Shown here piece by piece: positions 17,240-27,215 of a stretch of 64,000 bases of DNA; positions within the stretch are counted from its first letter, which is position 1, and each line of letters begins with the position of its first letter. Location: positions 4,420 through 68,419 of IMG/VR virus record IMGVR_UViG_3300005573_000089. One strand, 5' to 3'. The DNA comes from a virus. Taxonomy: Duplodnaviria; Caudoviricetes. The notes below the pieces were generated by a model. That model did no database searches, had not been told where the DNA came from, and worked only from the letters and a program-made list of their open reading frames with translations. The position numbers and the translations under genes are program-made.

Positions 17240-18170
17240 AGATATTGGAACATTACATGAATACGTTCTTTCAATTCTACAGAAGTCTGATCCAATTAGT
17301 TTAAATGAACTTATAGAGAAAGCATCTAAGAAATTTATTAATCCATCAGAAGAATCTATTAGATCTTCCATAAGGACAATTATAGAGAAAGGATATGATG
17401 TAAAGGAATTAATTGTAAATGGAGAAAGAGTATACTCCCTTGTTAGATCTCCTGAATTGAATGAAGAGAACATGTACAGATCTATGGGAGATATATCTAC
17501 TCCAATTATTCTTACAGGTGATTTTCATTTTGGTAGTAAATCATTTTATAAATTAGCATTTGATCAATTGGTAGAAGATTCTAAGAAATTTAATATTAAA
17601 GACATTATGATAGCAGGAGATCTAATACAGGGAAGAGGAGTATATCCTACAGAATTAGAAGAATTATCATTACCTTCTATATCTGATCAAATATCTGGTG
17701 TATCTGATCTTTTATCTAAGTTAGATTGTAATGTTCATTTAATATCTGGTAATCATGAAGAAAAAGTACAAGGATCTGTAGACGTAGGATTAGAACCATT
17801 AAAGATAGTTGCTAGGACTTGTAGAAATGTTTCTTATTATGGACATGTAGCTAATCTGAAATTAAACAAAGATTATACTTACATGATGATCCATGGTTCA
17901 GGATCTGTTACTACAGCAGTTACACATATGATTGAAAAAGTATGGAGAGAATTAATTTCTAAACCTAATATACTCCATATGGGACATACACATCAATCAG
18001 CATTTGTAAGGAAAGGAAATCAAAGATATCTGATAATGAGTGGTACATTACAAAGAACTAATTCATTCTTAATACAGAAAGGATGGAATGCTAAGATTGG
18101 TTGGTTTATTATTAAATCAATAGGTAGTGAATATATTGAAATCATTGAAAGATCTCCTCCAGTCTATTAA
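17208..18170 (+). CDS. calcineurin-like metallophosphoesterase (PolD DP1-like) with N-terminal wHTH
   Basis: GDFH, AGDLIQGRGVYP, GNHE, HG, GHTH. Confidence 0.85.
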   Translation: MIRLKIHQIDEDIGTLHEYVLSILQKSDPISLNELIEKASKKFINPSEESIRSSIRTIIEKGYDVKELIVNGERVYSLVRSPELNEENMYRSMGDISTPIILTGDFHFGSKSFYKLAFDQLVEDSKKFNIKDIMIAGDLIQGRGVYPTELEELSLPSISDQISGVSDLLSKLDCNVHLISGNHEEKVQGSVDVGLEPLKIVARTCRNVSYYGHVANLKLNKDYTYMMIHGSGSVTTAVTHMIEKVWRELISKPNILHMGHTHQSAFVRKGNQRYLIMSGTLQRTNSFLIQKGWNAKIGWFIIKSIGSEYIEIIERSPPVY

Positions 18171-18180
18171 CAATTCACAG

Positions 18181-18203
18181 ATCGATTTATCACCTAAATC
18201 GAT
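18181..18203. repeat. 23-bp palindrome copy (core TCACC)
   Basis: 10 nt after the stop at 18170. Confidence 0.95.
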
Positions 18204-18209
18204 CTTTTC

Positions 18210-18515
18210 ATGGTGATTGATATGAAGAGTGTATATGATAAAATAAAAGAAAATCTATACAGTAAGAAGGAAAATAATAGACACTCTTTCAAGGTATGGG
18301 TATGTACAGAAGTATGTACTGAAGAAGAACTTAAGAGTCTATCTTCTATCAACACAGCATTTGTATTTGCTAGAGAAAAGATCTTAGAAAATGTTGTAAA
18401 AGAATCAGATCCAGAACTTTATTACAAAGTAAAAACAAGTGATAATAAAGTTCCTATTTTTAATCTTGCAGAATATGTAGAAGAATACAAGAAAAAGATA
18501 TCTAATTTGCAGTAA
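18210..18515 (+). CDS. hypothetical protein
   Basis: ORF; GGTGA RBS precedes the ATG at 18222. Confidence 0.6.
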   Translation: MVIDMKSVYDKIKENLYSKKENNRHSFKVWVCTEVCTEEELKSLSSINTAFVFAREKILENVVKESDPELYYKVKTSDNKVPIFNLAEYVEEYKKKISNLQ

Positions 18516-18575
18516 AAATAAAGTTCTATTTTTTTCTCTCTAAATCTATAATAAGATGACTTAGTCAATTAGGTT

Positions 18576-19835
18576 TTGATTACTATGTTTATTGAACAAG
18601 AGAAATTAGATAATTTTAATAAGAAAGATCATCCATCTGTAGACAACTTAAAGATTATTTGGCATTCTGTAGCTGCATATGTAAGAAGTGGATATGGCAA
18701 TATAACTAAGAATATTACATCTAGACTACATGAATTAGGATATGATATAATAGTATCTTGTTATTATGGACTAGAACCAGGAGGTGTAATGATGATCAAT
18801 GATGTACCTCATTTACCAGTTGCTAGGCATATGGGTACATTTGGAGAAGGATCATACATTAAACACTATCAATCATTTAGAAGAAACTTAGGTGTACTAG
18901 CAAGTGATTGGTGGGCATTTCCATGGTTTCCTAGTAAGGATAGAAATAGTTTATTGTACTCTCCTATGGATCATATCAATTATCCAGAACATATTGTACA
19001 ACTAACTAAACAATATACTAAAGTATGTGCATTCTTACCATTTCAACAAAAGGAATTAGCTAAGAATAACATAGAATCTACTATAATTCCACATGGAGTA
19101 GATAAAGTCTTTAGACCTATGGACAAAGATAAGTGTAGAGAAATAACAGGACTTTCTAAAGATGCATTTATAATTGGTATTGTAGCTGCTAATTCAGATA
19201 AAGAAACTAGAAAGGCATGGGGAGAGATCTTTCAAGCAGCAGAATATGTAAAAGATAATTATCCAGACATTAGAGATATTAGATATTTCATTCATACAGA
19301 TCCAGAAGATCCTAAAGGAGTATCTCTTAAAGCATTAGCATATCATCACAAAGTATATGATCTATGTGCCTTTGAAGATCCACATCTATCAGTAATAGGA
19401 CTACCAGATGAAGAAATGGCTTTATTGTATAATTCATTTGATATTCTATTATCTCCAAGCAAGAGAGAAGGATTTGGATTACCAATATTAGAGAGTATGG
19501 CATGTGGTAAACCAGTAATAGGACATAGATTTTCATCAATGCCTGATCTAATAGGAGAGAATGAAGAAAGAGGATGGTTATGTAAGACTGCTTTATATTT
19601 GGATACTCCTATAATTGCTACTACAGGTGTACCTGATTATAGATCAATTGCTGAATGTATAGTAGATGCTTATAATCATCCAAATAAAATAGAAGAGAAA
19701 GGAAAGAAAGCTAGAGAATTCTCATTAGATTTCTTATGGGATGATATTATTTTAAACAAATGGGTTACAGTGTTAGATGAAGTATGGGATAAGATATCAA
19801 CTAAGACAGAAGATGTATATAGATTGGAGTTGTGA
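18576..19835 (+). CDS. GT-B glycosyltransferase (GT4-like)
   Basis: SGYG, IPHGVD, EGFGLPILESMACGKPVI. Confidence 0.9.
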   Translation: MITMFIEQEKLDNFNKKDHPSVDNLKIIWHSVAAYVRSGYGNITKNITSRLHELGYDIIVSCYYGLEPGGVMMINDVPHLPVARHMGTFGEGSYIKHYQSFRRNLGVLASDWWAFPWFPSKDRNSLLYSPMDHINYPEHIVQLTKQYTKVCAFLPFQQKELAKNNIESTIIPHGVDKVFRPMDKDKCREITGLSKDAFIIGIVAANSDKETRKAWGEIFQAAEYVKDNYPDIRDIRYFIHTDPEDPKGVSLKALAYHHKVYDLCAFEDPHLSVIGLPDEEMALLYNSFDILLSPSKREGFGLPILESMACGKPVIGHRFSSMPDLIGENEERGWLCKTALYLDTPIIATTGVPDYRSIAECIVDAYNHPNKIEEKGKKAREFSLDFLWDDIILNKWVTVLDEVWDKISTKTEDVYRLEL

Positions 19836-20653
19836 GATCATTGGCTAAATTAACATTGGAATGTTGGACTTATAATAGACCTACTTATCTTAGTGCATTA
19901 TTGATTTCTCTTTATAATCAAACATTTCAAGATTGGGATCTTACAATCTTAGAAGAATTTGATCAGAACTATTTATTAGAACCATTGTTTGCAGGTGCTA
20001 TTAGATTATTGAGAAATCAAGGACATAAGATATTGTTCTTACATCCTACAACATATTACGGTTGTGTTAAAGCAGCTAAGAGAGTAATGTCAGAAACTAA
20101 GACTAAATATGCAATGAAATTAGATGATGATCATGTATTTGAGAAAGATGTGTTAGAGAAATTAATTACTGCTATGGAAGATGATCCAGAAATAGGATCT
20201 ATTGGAGGAATGTTATATACAATAGGTAGAAAAACTATTCCAGTTAATTGGATACCTAAGGACTTTAACAAATGGACTGGTAAAACAGGTAAAGTATGGA
20301 ATGATTATTCAACTTTTCTCTTTAAATTTCCAGAACAAATAGTTAGAGTACATTTCTTAAGAGCACCTTTAATGTATAATGCAGAATTACTTAGAAAGAC
20401 AGATTTTATTGAAAAATATGATCAGTTAGGTTATACAAGATCTGCATTTAGGATAGAATCTGAAATATCAAATACATTAGAACAGAACTTTGGAGTTAAG
20501 ACTTGTATGCATACTGGTGCTATTATGTGGCATTATGGTGCTGAAGGTGGAGTAAGATCTTATAATTTCTTGGATGATATTAAGAAGGATTCAGAAGTAT
20601 ATTACTCTAGATGGAGTGATTATCATCTACAGAAAGTATTGTTAGGTGATTGA
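19832..20653 (+). CDS. GT-A glycosyltransferase (GT2-like)
   Basis: TYNRP, QTFQDW, KLDDD. Confidence 0.82.
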   Translation: MRSLAKLTLECWTYNRPTYLSALLISLYNQTFQDWDLTILEEFDQNYLLEPLFAGAIRLLRNQGHKILFLHPTTYYGCVKAAKRVMSETKTKYAMKLDDDHVFEKDVLEKLITAMEDDPEIGSIGGMLYTIGRKTIPVNWIPKDFNKWTGKTGKVWNDYSTFLFKFPEQIVRVHFLRAPLMYNAELLRKTDFIEKYDQLGYTRSAFRIESEISNTLEQNFGVKTCMHTGAIMWHYGAEGGVRSYNFLDDIKKDSEVYYSRWSDYHLQKVLLGD

Positions 20654-21686
20654 TTTGAAGAGAGTTGTATTGTCTGATATTAAGAAGATTGAAATAATAG
20701 ATGAAGAAATACCATACGATCCTAATAAAGTCCTTGTAAAGATAAAATACACTGGTATATGTGGATCTGATCTTCATTATTACAGAAATGGAGGACTTGG
20801 ATCTTTTAAATCTAAAATGCCTATGTATTTAGGACATGAAGCAATAGGATATGTTCAAGAGGACTTTGATAATTTTAAGAAAGGAGATCTAGTCTATATT
20901 GATCCATTAGAATCTTGTCATAAATGTTTAGAATGTTATCGTAGATATCCAAATCTTTGTAAAGAATCAAAGTTCTTAGGTGCTAATGTTAAAGGAACAT
21001 TTGTAGAATACATATCTGTAAATCCTAAACAATTGTTTAAATTAGAAAGATTATCTCCAGAAAAAGGTATTATTACTGAACCATTATGTGTATCTGCTTA
21101 TGCAATAGAAGAATCACTTAAACAACTATTTACCAAAGATCTAATACTCCATAGAGCTAATAGAATCATACCGAATATACTTTCTATAGGATTAGGACCA
21201 ATAGGATTACTCTCATTAATCTATGCTAAATTCAAATTAGAACAATATAATCGTTTAGGACTTAGTTCAGATCATGTATTTGGCATTGATTCACTTGACT
21301 ATAGAAATAATTTTGCTAAAGATAATTTTGGAATTGAAATGCATAATGATCAAAGATCATATAACATTATAGTTGATAGTTATGGTATGGACAAAATAGA
21401 TCTTAATGAATTTAATGTAGAATCTCCATCTATCTTCACAATCTTAGGAATACATGAAAGATATGATTACATTAGTATAAATCCACATTCATTTAGGATC
21501 AGAGGTGCTAAGATCATTTTCATTAGAAGAACTCCATTTTCTTTATACAATGTAATACGTATACTAGAAAATGTAAATATAGAGAAATTAGTTACACATA
21601 AGTTCAAATTAGAAGATGCAGATAAAGCATTTGAGATTGCTTCTAATTATGAAGACAATTGTATGAAAGTTGTTTTAGAACCATAG
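20646..21686 (+). CDS. Zn-dependent medium-chain dehydrogenase (sorbitol/threonine-DH-like)
   Basis: GICGSDLH, GHE, C-x2-C-x2-C-x7-C, EPL, GLGPIG. Confidence 0.9.
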   Translation: MIDLKRVVLSDIKKIEIIDEEIPYDPNKVLVKIKYTGICGSDLHYYRNGGLGSFKSKMPMYLGHEAIGYVQEDFDNFKKGDLVYIDPLESCHKCLECYRRYPNLCKESKFLGANVKGTFVEYISVNPKQLFKLERLSPEKGIITEPLCVSAYAIEESLKQLFTKDLILHRANRIIPNILSIGLGPIGLLSLIYAKFKLEQYNRLGLSSDHVFGIDSLDYRNNFAKDNFGIEMHNDQRSYNIIVDSYGMDKIDLNEFNVESPSIFTILGIHERYDYISINPHSFRIRGAKIIFIRRTPFSLYNVIRILENVNIEKLVTHKFKLEDADKAFEIASNYEDNCMKVVLEP

Positions 21687-21744
21687 ATCGATTTATCACC
21701 TAAATCGTTTTAATGCGATAAATCGATTTATCACCTAAATCGTT
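21687..21744. repeat. palindrome doublet (21687-21709, 21722-21744)
   Basis: two TCACC-core copies 35 bp apart, linker TTAATGCGATAA, starting right after the stop. Confidence 0.93.
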
Positions 21745-21811
21745 TTTGATCATTGTCTCTTCTAAGATATATTCAATAAGATGTTTTCAATCCTAATGAA
21801 AAGATGATAAG

Positions 21812-22462
21812 ATGAAAGTTGTAATAATAGGTGGATCTGCTGGATCTAAGATTGCTCAAGATATATTTGAATTAACTAAAGTACAGATCTTAGGATTTAT
21901 GAACAACTATGTACCTCTTGAGAATAGATATCAGTTAAAATACAAAGTATTAGGAGATTATTTAGCAGAAGAGAACTTAGCATTATTGAAACAGAAAGAC
22001 ATAGCATATTTTGTTGCTACAGGAGATAATTATATGAGGAAAACGATCACTGAAGAACTTATAGAACTTACAGGTAAATATCCAATTAATGCTATACATC
22101 CATTTGCAATATTATCTCCAAGTATTATTAGTCTTGGATATGGTAATCTTATAATGCCTTTATCAGTTATCAATACATGTTCTGTAATAGGCAATGGTAC
22201 AATTATCAATACACATGCAGATATAGAACATGACTGTACCATAGGAGATTATGCACAGATAGCACCTGGAGTTAAATTAGGTGGATATGTTACTGTAAAG
22301 AGTTTAGCATTATTAGGAATAGGATGTAGCATTAGACCTCATATAACTATAGGAGAAGGTGCTATAGTAGCTGAAGGATCTTCTGTAATAAAAGATGTAG
22401 ATCCTTATACTATGGTTGCAGGAGTACCAGCAGTATATAAGAAAGATTTACCTCATATGTGA
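21812..22462 (+). CDS. PglD/NeuD-family sugar acetyltransferase (hexapeptide repeats)
   Basis: ATGDN..R, IHPFA, IEHDC, GVPA. Confidence 0.88.
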   Translation: MKVVIIGGSAGSKIAQDIFELTKVQILGFMNNYVPLENRYQLKYKVLGDYLAEENLALLKQKDIAYFVATGDNYMRKTITEELIELTGKYPINAIHPFAILSPSIISLGYGNLIMPLSVINTCSVIGNGTIINTHADIEHDCTIGDYAQIAPGVKLGGYVTVKSLALLGIGCSIRPHITIGEGAIVAEGSSVIKDVDPYTMVAGVPAVYKKDLPHM

Positions 22463-22468
22463 TCTGCT

Positions 22469-23638
22469 ATGAGTAACTTAATTGTTAAGACAATTATTCC
22501 TAAGTTCAGATTGCATTTTGATAAAGATCAGATAGAACATTATCATAGTTTAGTTGATAACATTTTAACTAAAGATAGACCAATATCTAATGGAGATCTA
22601 ACAGAAGAATTTGAAGAAAGATTTGCTAAAGAGATAGGATCTAAATATGCAATTGCTGTAGGATCTGGTACAGATGCTTTAGAACTTAGTTGTAGAATGA
22701 TAGAAGGATCTAAAAAGAAAGTTGTATTGATCCCTACTAACTCAATGATCAGTGATGCATTATCAGTAGAGAGATCTGGATTTCAATTCTCATTGTATGA
22801 TATGGATACTTTTAATTTAGGTGCTATGGCACAAGAAGTAAGAAGATATATAGAAACTTTAGAGATATTCTCTGGTGCTGTTATAGGTGTACATATAGGA
22901 GGAATAGTTGCTAATAATATTGATTATTTAATTGAGATCACTAAGGAGAATGGATTATTGTTTATTGAAGATGCTTGTCAAGCACATTTCTCTAAGTACA
23001 AAGATCAGTATGCTGGTACATTAGGAGATCTTAGTTGTTTTTCATTCTCTGCTACTAAAGTAATGACTACTGGTGAAGGTGGAATGATCCTTACAAATGT
23101 AGAAGAATATGCAAATAAGATCAAATGTATAAGAGAATTTGGATCTACTACTAAGGACAAACATTTACATGAAATGATAGGTGGTAATTTTAAAATGACA
23201 GAGTTACAATCTGCTTTAGGTCTTACAGAGTTAGAAAGAGTACATAAGAGAATTGAAAGAAGATCTGAAATAACTAAGAGATATATTGAAGGACTTGATC
23301 AAAAGAAATACAAAGTTATAGAACCATTCTATTTATCTTCTAATTATAAAACAATTGTAATGATCAGTGGACTTAGAAAAGATCTTTATAATCATATGGA
23401 GAAACATGGGATCAGTATGACTGGTGAAGTATATCCTATTCCATTACATGATCAACCAGTATTTAGAGGAAGATTCAGTAAATTAGCATTTCCTAATGCA
23501 GATCAATTCTGTAAGAATCATGTATGTCCTCCTAATTATCCTGAATTGACAGATGAAGAAGTAGATCTAATTATCCAAACAATGAATAGTTGGAAACCTA
23601 ATCATGCATTAAGAAAATTAAAAGGATCTTATTATTGA
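22469..23638 (+). CDS. DegT/DnrJ/EryC1/StrS PLP-dependent sugar aminotransferase
   Basis: SGTDAL, IEDACQAH, SFSATKVMTTGEGG, GGNFKM. Confidence 0.92.
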   Translation: MSNLIVKTIIPKFRLHFDKDQIEHYHSLVDNILTKDRPISNGDLTEEFEERFAKEIGSKYAIAVGSGTDALELSCRMIEGSKKKVVLIPTNSMISDALSVERSGFQFSLYDMDTFNLGAMAQEVRRYIETLEIFSGAVIGVHIGGIVANNIDYLIEITKENGLLFIEDACQAHFSKYKDQYAGTLGDLSCFSFSATKVMTTGEGGMILTNVEEYANKIKCIREFGSTTKDKHLHEMIGGNFKMTELQSALGLTELERVHKRIERRSEITKRYIEGLDQKKYKVIEPFYLSSNYKTIVMISGLRKDLYNHMEKHGISMTGEVYPIPLHDQPVFRGRFSKLAFPNADQFCKNHVCPPNYPELTDEEVDLIIQTMNSWKPNHALRKLKGSYY

Positions 23639-23657
23639 GTTTTGGAGTGTGATATGA

Positions 23658-24575
23658 TTGGTTGATTTAAAAATAATAAATGTACAAACAAACTCTCTTT
23701 GTAATGCTAACTGTGTATTTTGTCCTTACGTAGAATCATGGCATAAGAACAATCCAGGCAGTATGAAAGAGAGTTTGTATAGGAAGATATTAGATGATCT
23801 GGAAGAATATCCTAACTTTGAGGTATTCTGTCCTTATTTCCAGAATGATCCGTTATTAGATAAACGAATATTTGATTTGATAGAAATGTTCTATGATAAG
23901 TATCCAGATAAAAAATTAGAACTATCTGTAAATCCATTTAATATTCATAAGACTAACAGAGATAAACTATTCAAAGTTCTTAATGACAGAGATTATACAT
24001 TGATCATTTCCTTTAATGGTAGAAATGAAGTATCATTTGAATATACAATGAAAATTCCTTATTATCATTGCTTGGATCAAGTACTTAAGTTAGTAGAAGA
24101 ACATCCTTCTCCTAAAATTATTATCAGAGGACTTGGAGAATCTATTAATAATGAATACATTCTCTTTGACAATAGATCTTACTTTGGATATTGGTGGGAT
24201 ATTCTAGAAGATCAAGATCTTCTTAAAGAAGTTAAATTTGCTGTAGGTAAATTTGATGATAGAGCAGGACAATTAACAAGGGAAGATAGAATTGCTAATA
24301 AGATCAATTTCAACTATAAGAGAATAATTAACTCAAAGAATCCATTGAAATGTAAGAATATTGATAATAGATTATGTATTAGATGGAATGGAGATATTGC
24401 TATATGTCCAGTAGACTTTAAGAAAGAAATTACATTAGGTAATATTTCTGAAATGAGTATAACAGAATATTTCAATAGTGAACCTTATAATCTTTTAGTT
24501 AAGGTCTCTAAAGGAGAAGTACAAGCACCAGAGAACTTTATCTGTACAAGATGTTCTAATCCAGGTGCTGAATAA
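23658..24575 (+). CDS. radical SAM protein with C-terminal SPASM/Twitch domain
   Basis: CNANCVFC; C...WNGDIAIC...LGNI...CTRC. Confidence 0.88.
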   Translation: MVDLKIINVQTNSLCNANCVFCPYVESWHKNNPGSMKESLYRKILDDLEEYPNFEVFCPYFQNDPLLDKRIFDLIEMFYDKYPDKKLELSVNPFNIHKTNRDKLFKVLNDRDYTLIISFNGRNEVSFEYTMKIPYYHCLDQVLKLVEEHPSPKIIIRGLGESINNEYILFDNRSYFGYWWDILEDQDLLKEVKFAVGKFDDRAGQLTREDRIANKINFNYKRIINSKNPLKCKNIDNRLCIRWNGDIAICPVDFKKEITLGNISEMSITEYFNSEPYNLLVKVSKGEVQAPENFICTRCSNPGAE

Positions 24576-24913
24576 TGTCAGATTTAGAGATAGAAGAAAG
24601 ATCATTTATTAGATCTGTTAGAAGAAGTAAATTAGAAGTGTACTTAGATGCTCTAAGGATCATTGCTAATGGAGAAGGATTAAAGACTAGAATAATGTAC
24701 AAGACTGGTGTTTGTTATCCAGTTTTAAATAATGTTATGACATATCTATTAGACAATGGTTTCATCACTAAAGTACTTATACTTAAAAGAGGTAAATCAA
24801 AAAAGAGAGAGAAGTATTTCTATAAAGTTACTGATAAGGGTATGGAACTCATACAATTATATTATAAGCTATGTCAATTATTGTTCAGAGAAGAAAAAAA
24901 AAAGAGTGAGTGA
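24575..24913 (+). CDS. archaeal winged-HTH transcription regulator
   Basis: RRSKLEVYLD..KTRIMYK..L...YKVTDKG. Confidence 0.8.
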   Translation: MSDLEIEERSFIRSVRRSKLEVYLDALRIIANGEGLKTRIMYKTGVCYPVLNNVMTYLLDNGFITKVLILKRGKSKKREKYFYKVTDKGMELIQLYYKLCQLLFREEKKKSE

Positions 24914-24916
24914 ACA

Positions 24917-25099
24917 ATGGTAAAGAGGATTGGTTATTTCATGAAAGAACATTGGAATAGTCCATTACCATATTATTCCTTCAAATGTTCTAAACATGGT
25001 ACAGTGTATAATTATCCATCTGGTTTTGATCAGAAACTAATATGTCCTAAATGTTTAGAAGAATTAAAAAATAGATATAGAAATCGATTTATCCCCTAA
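24917..25099 (+). CDS. small Zn-binding protein
   Basis: CSKHG...CPKC. Confidence 0.6.
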   Translation: MVKRIGYFMKEHWNSPLPYYSFKCSKHGTVYNYPSGFDQKLICPKCLEELKNRYRNRFIP

Positions 25100-25105
25100 A
25101 TCGAT
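25083..25105. repeat. 23-bp palindrome copy (core TCCCC)
   Basis: supplies the TAA stop of 24917..25099. Confidence 0.95.
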
Positions 25106-25171
25106 TTGTCTATTGAACTATAATGAAATTCTTTTTAAAGATCTTTTTCTATCAATGGTAGATGATTAATA

Positions 25172-25321
25172 ATGACTTATGCATGTTCTGATCCCAAGGA
25201 GTGTCAATTCTTCTGTCCAAACTATGGTTGGAATGTGAAAGAATGTCCCTTAAAATATAGTACTGTTGAATGTCCTACTAAAAGTTGTTTTAAAAAGTGC
25301 ACATATACAAGTATGATGTAA
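25172..25321 (+). CDS. 49-aa peptide with 7 Cys (not in ORF track)
   Basis: read manually: MTYACSDPKECQFFCPNYGWNVKECPLKYSTVECPTKSCFKKCTYTSMM. Confidence 0.45.
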   Translation: MTYACSDPKECQFFCPNYGWNVKECPLKYSTVECPTKSCFKKCTYTSMM

Positions 25322-25371
25322 TTAATAGAACTTAAGAAATATTCTATTCTTTTTTTATTTGTATTTTGAAA

Positions 25372-25394
25372 ATCGATTTAGGTGATAAATCGAA
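25372..25394. repeat. 23-bp palindrome copy (core GGTGA) followed by TTATCGCATTAA
   Basis: atcgattta ggtga taaatcgaa. Confidence 0.92.
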
Positions 25395-25449
25395 TTATCG
25401 CATTAAGCAAATAATCTTAAATATTGAATCGTATTCTCTTTAAATCAAA

Positions 25450-25989
25450 ATGTTATCTGAACAGTTACAGAACTTTGTTGATTTGATTAAAGATCCAGAT
25501 CTTAGAAATGACATACGAACATATCTGTCATTCTACTCCAAAGATCTATTAATTGTTCCAGGTAGTATCAATTATCATCATAATAATGAAGGTGGATTGT
25601 TAGAACATTTATTAGAAGTAGCAGATCTTTGTCTATCTATTTCAGAGATCTTAGAGAGAACGTATGGAATAGTAGTAAACAATGATTACTTACTAGCATC
25701 TGCATTGATCCATGACATAGGTAAGATCAAAGAGTACTATTATAATGAAAATTATAGACAATGGAAGTACAAGAGATTACCTTATAATATGAGTCATTCT
25801 CTGTATCCAATATTAGATTTTCAGATCAAGATGAAGAAGAATTTACCAGTTAAGATCCAAATAATGATTCTTACTCATATGGGTGGATGGGAAGACAATA
25901 TTATAGAATGCAATGATCTTGAGACATCTATCTTACATGCTGCAGATCTATTATCTTCTAGATTAGAGACTTTATCAGAGGAATTATGA
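25450..25989 (+). CDS. HD-domain phosphohydrolase (YhaM-like)
   Basis: YHH..GGLLEH, HDIGK, H, AAD. Confidence 0.85.
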   Translation: MLSEQLQNFVDLIKDPDLRNDIRTYLSFYSKDLLIVPGSINYHHNNEGGLLEHLLEVADLCLSISEILERTYGIVVNNDYLLASALIHDIGKIKEYYYNENYRQWKYKRLPYNMSHSLYPILDFQIKMKKNLPVKIQIMILTHMGGWEDNIIECNDLETSILHAADLLSSRLETLSEEL

Positions 25990-26253
25990 ATGATCAATAA
26001 ATCATTGCTTAAACATGCTTTATTTTGGTTTGGATTTATGTTAGCATTTTTAGGATCATTTGAACAAGCATTAGATGCTGGTAATGATCCAATATTCTCT
26101 GGTGTATATGGATTTCCTATACCTCATCATTATGTAACTGGATTCATTATCATATTCATTGCTTATTTTCTATTCAATAGAAAGGATTGGGTATTGACAG
26201 AATCCTATAATAAGATGATTAGAGATTTCAAGAGATTGATTAAGGAGATATGA
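25990..26253 (+). CDS. small membrane protein
   Basis: two hydrophobic segments around PHHY. Confidence 0.6.
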   Translation: MINKSLLKHALFWFGFMLAFLGSFEQALDAGNDPIFSGVYGFPIPHHYVTGFIIIFIAYFLFNRKDWVLTESYNKMIRDFKRLIKEI

Positions 26254-26259
26254 AATGAA

Positions 26260-27213
26260 ATGTATAGATGGAAGGATAAGAGATGTCTAGTAACAGGAGG
26301 ATCAGGATTTATAGGAGGATCTCTTGTAAAGGAACTATTAAAAAGAGAATCAATAGTTGATATAGTTGATAATTTCTCTGTAGGAACACCTGAATCAGTA
26401 CCTGAAGGAGTTAACGAAATATATGAAGGAGATCTTAGTAAAGAACTCCTATTAAAGATCAAAAATAATTATGATATTGTATTTCACTTTGGTTCTCCTT
26501 GTACTATTTTGTTCTTTGATAAAGATCCATTGAAATATTATTTTAATTCTGTAACAGGATCTTATGGAGTAAGAGAATTCTGTAAAGAGAGAAAGATCCC
26601 TTATTTAGTATATGCTAGTTCAGCATCTTGTTATGGATCATTCTCTGAAATTAAAAATGATAATGGCTATCAAGAAGATAGAAAGAGTACTCCTGCTAGT
26701 ATGTATGGATTAGAGAAAGCTACTGAAGAGAATATGGATTGGATGTATCCAGAAATACCATTTAAATTAGGACTTAGAATATTTCCAGCATATGGATCTA
26801 GAGAATATCTAAAAGGAGATGTAGCTAGTGTACCGTATAAGTTCTGTAAAGAAATGATCAAAGGTAGACAACCAGAGATATGGGGTTCTGGTAAACAATC
26901 TAGAGACTTTATTTACATTGATGATCTGGTTGATTGTATTTTAAGTTTAATAGATAGATTTGCTTATGGGATCTTTAACATTGGTACTGGTACATCTGTT
27001 ACATACTTACAATTAGTTGATATAATAAACCAAGTATTAGATACTGATATAGAACCTAAGTTCTCTAATAAGCCATTTGAATATAATTATGTAAGAGATC
27101 TTGTTTGTGATACTACTAAATTATTAGAGTACTTAGGTAGAATTAGATTTACTTGTATTGAAGATGGGATCAAGAGAATGATAGATGAAATGTTAGAAAT
27201 GGAGATAGATTAA
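26260..27213 (+). CDS. NAD-dependent nucleotide-sugar epimerase/dehydratase (extended SDR)
   Basis: VTGGSGFIG, YASSAS, YGLEK (YxxxK), RDFIYIDD. Confidence 0.92.
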   Translation: MYRWKDKRCLVTGGSGFIGGSLVKELLKRESIVDIVDNFSVGTPESVPEGVNEIYEGDLSKELLLKIKNNYDIVFHFGSPCTILFFDKDPLKYYFNSVTGSYGVREFCKERKIPYLVYASSASCYGSFSEIKNDNGYQEDRKSTPASMYGLEKATEENMDWMYPEIPFKLGLRIFPAYGSREYLKGDVASVPYKFCKEMIKGRQPEIWGSGKQSRDFIYIDDLVDCILSLIDRFAYGIFNIGTGTSVTYLQLVDIINQVLDTDIEPKFSNKPFEYNYVRDLVCDTTKLLEYLGRIRFTCIEDGIKRMIDEMLEMEID

Positions 27214-27215
27214 TT

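Noticed and set aside
23658-24575. Radical SAM as the NrdG activase
   Set aside because: It carries a SPASM/Twitch domain, is 305 aa and sits in the sugar cluster; NrdG lacks this architecture.
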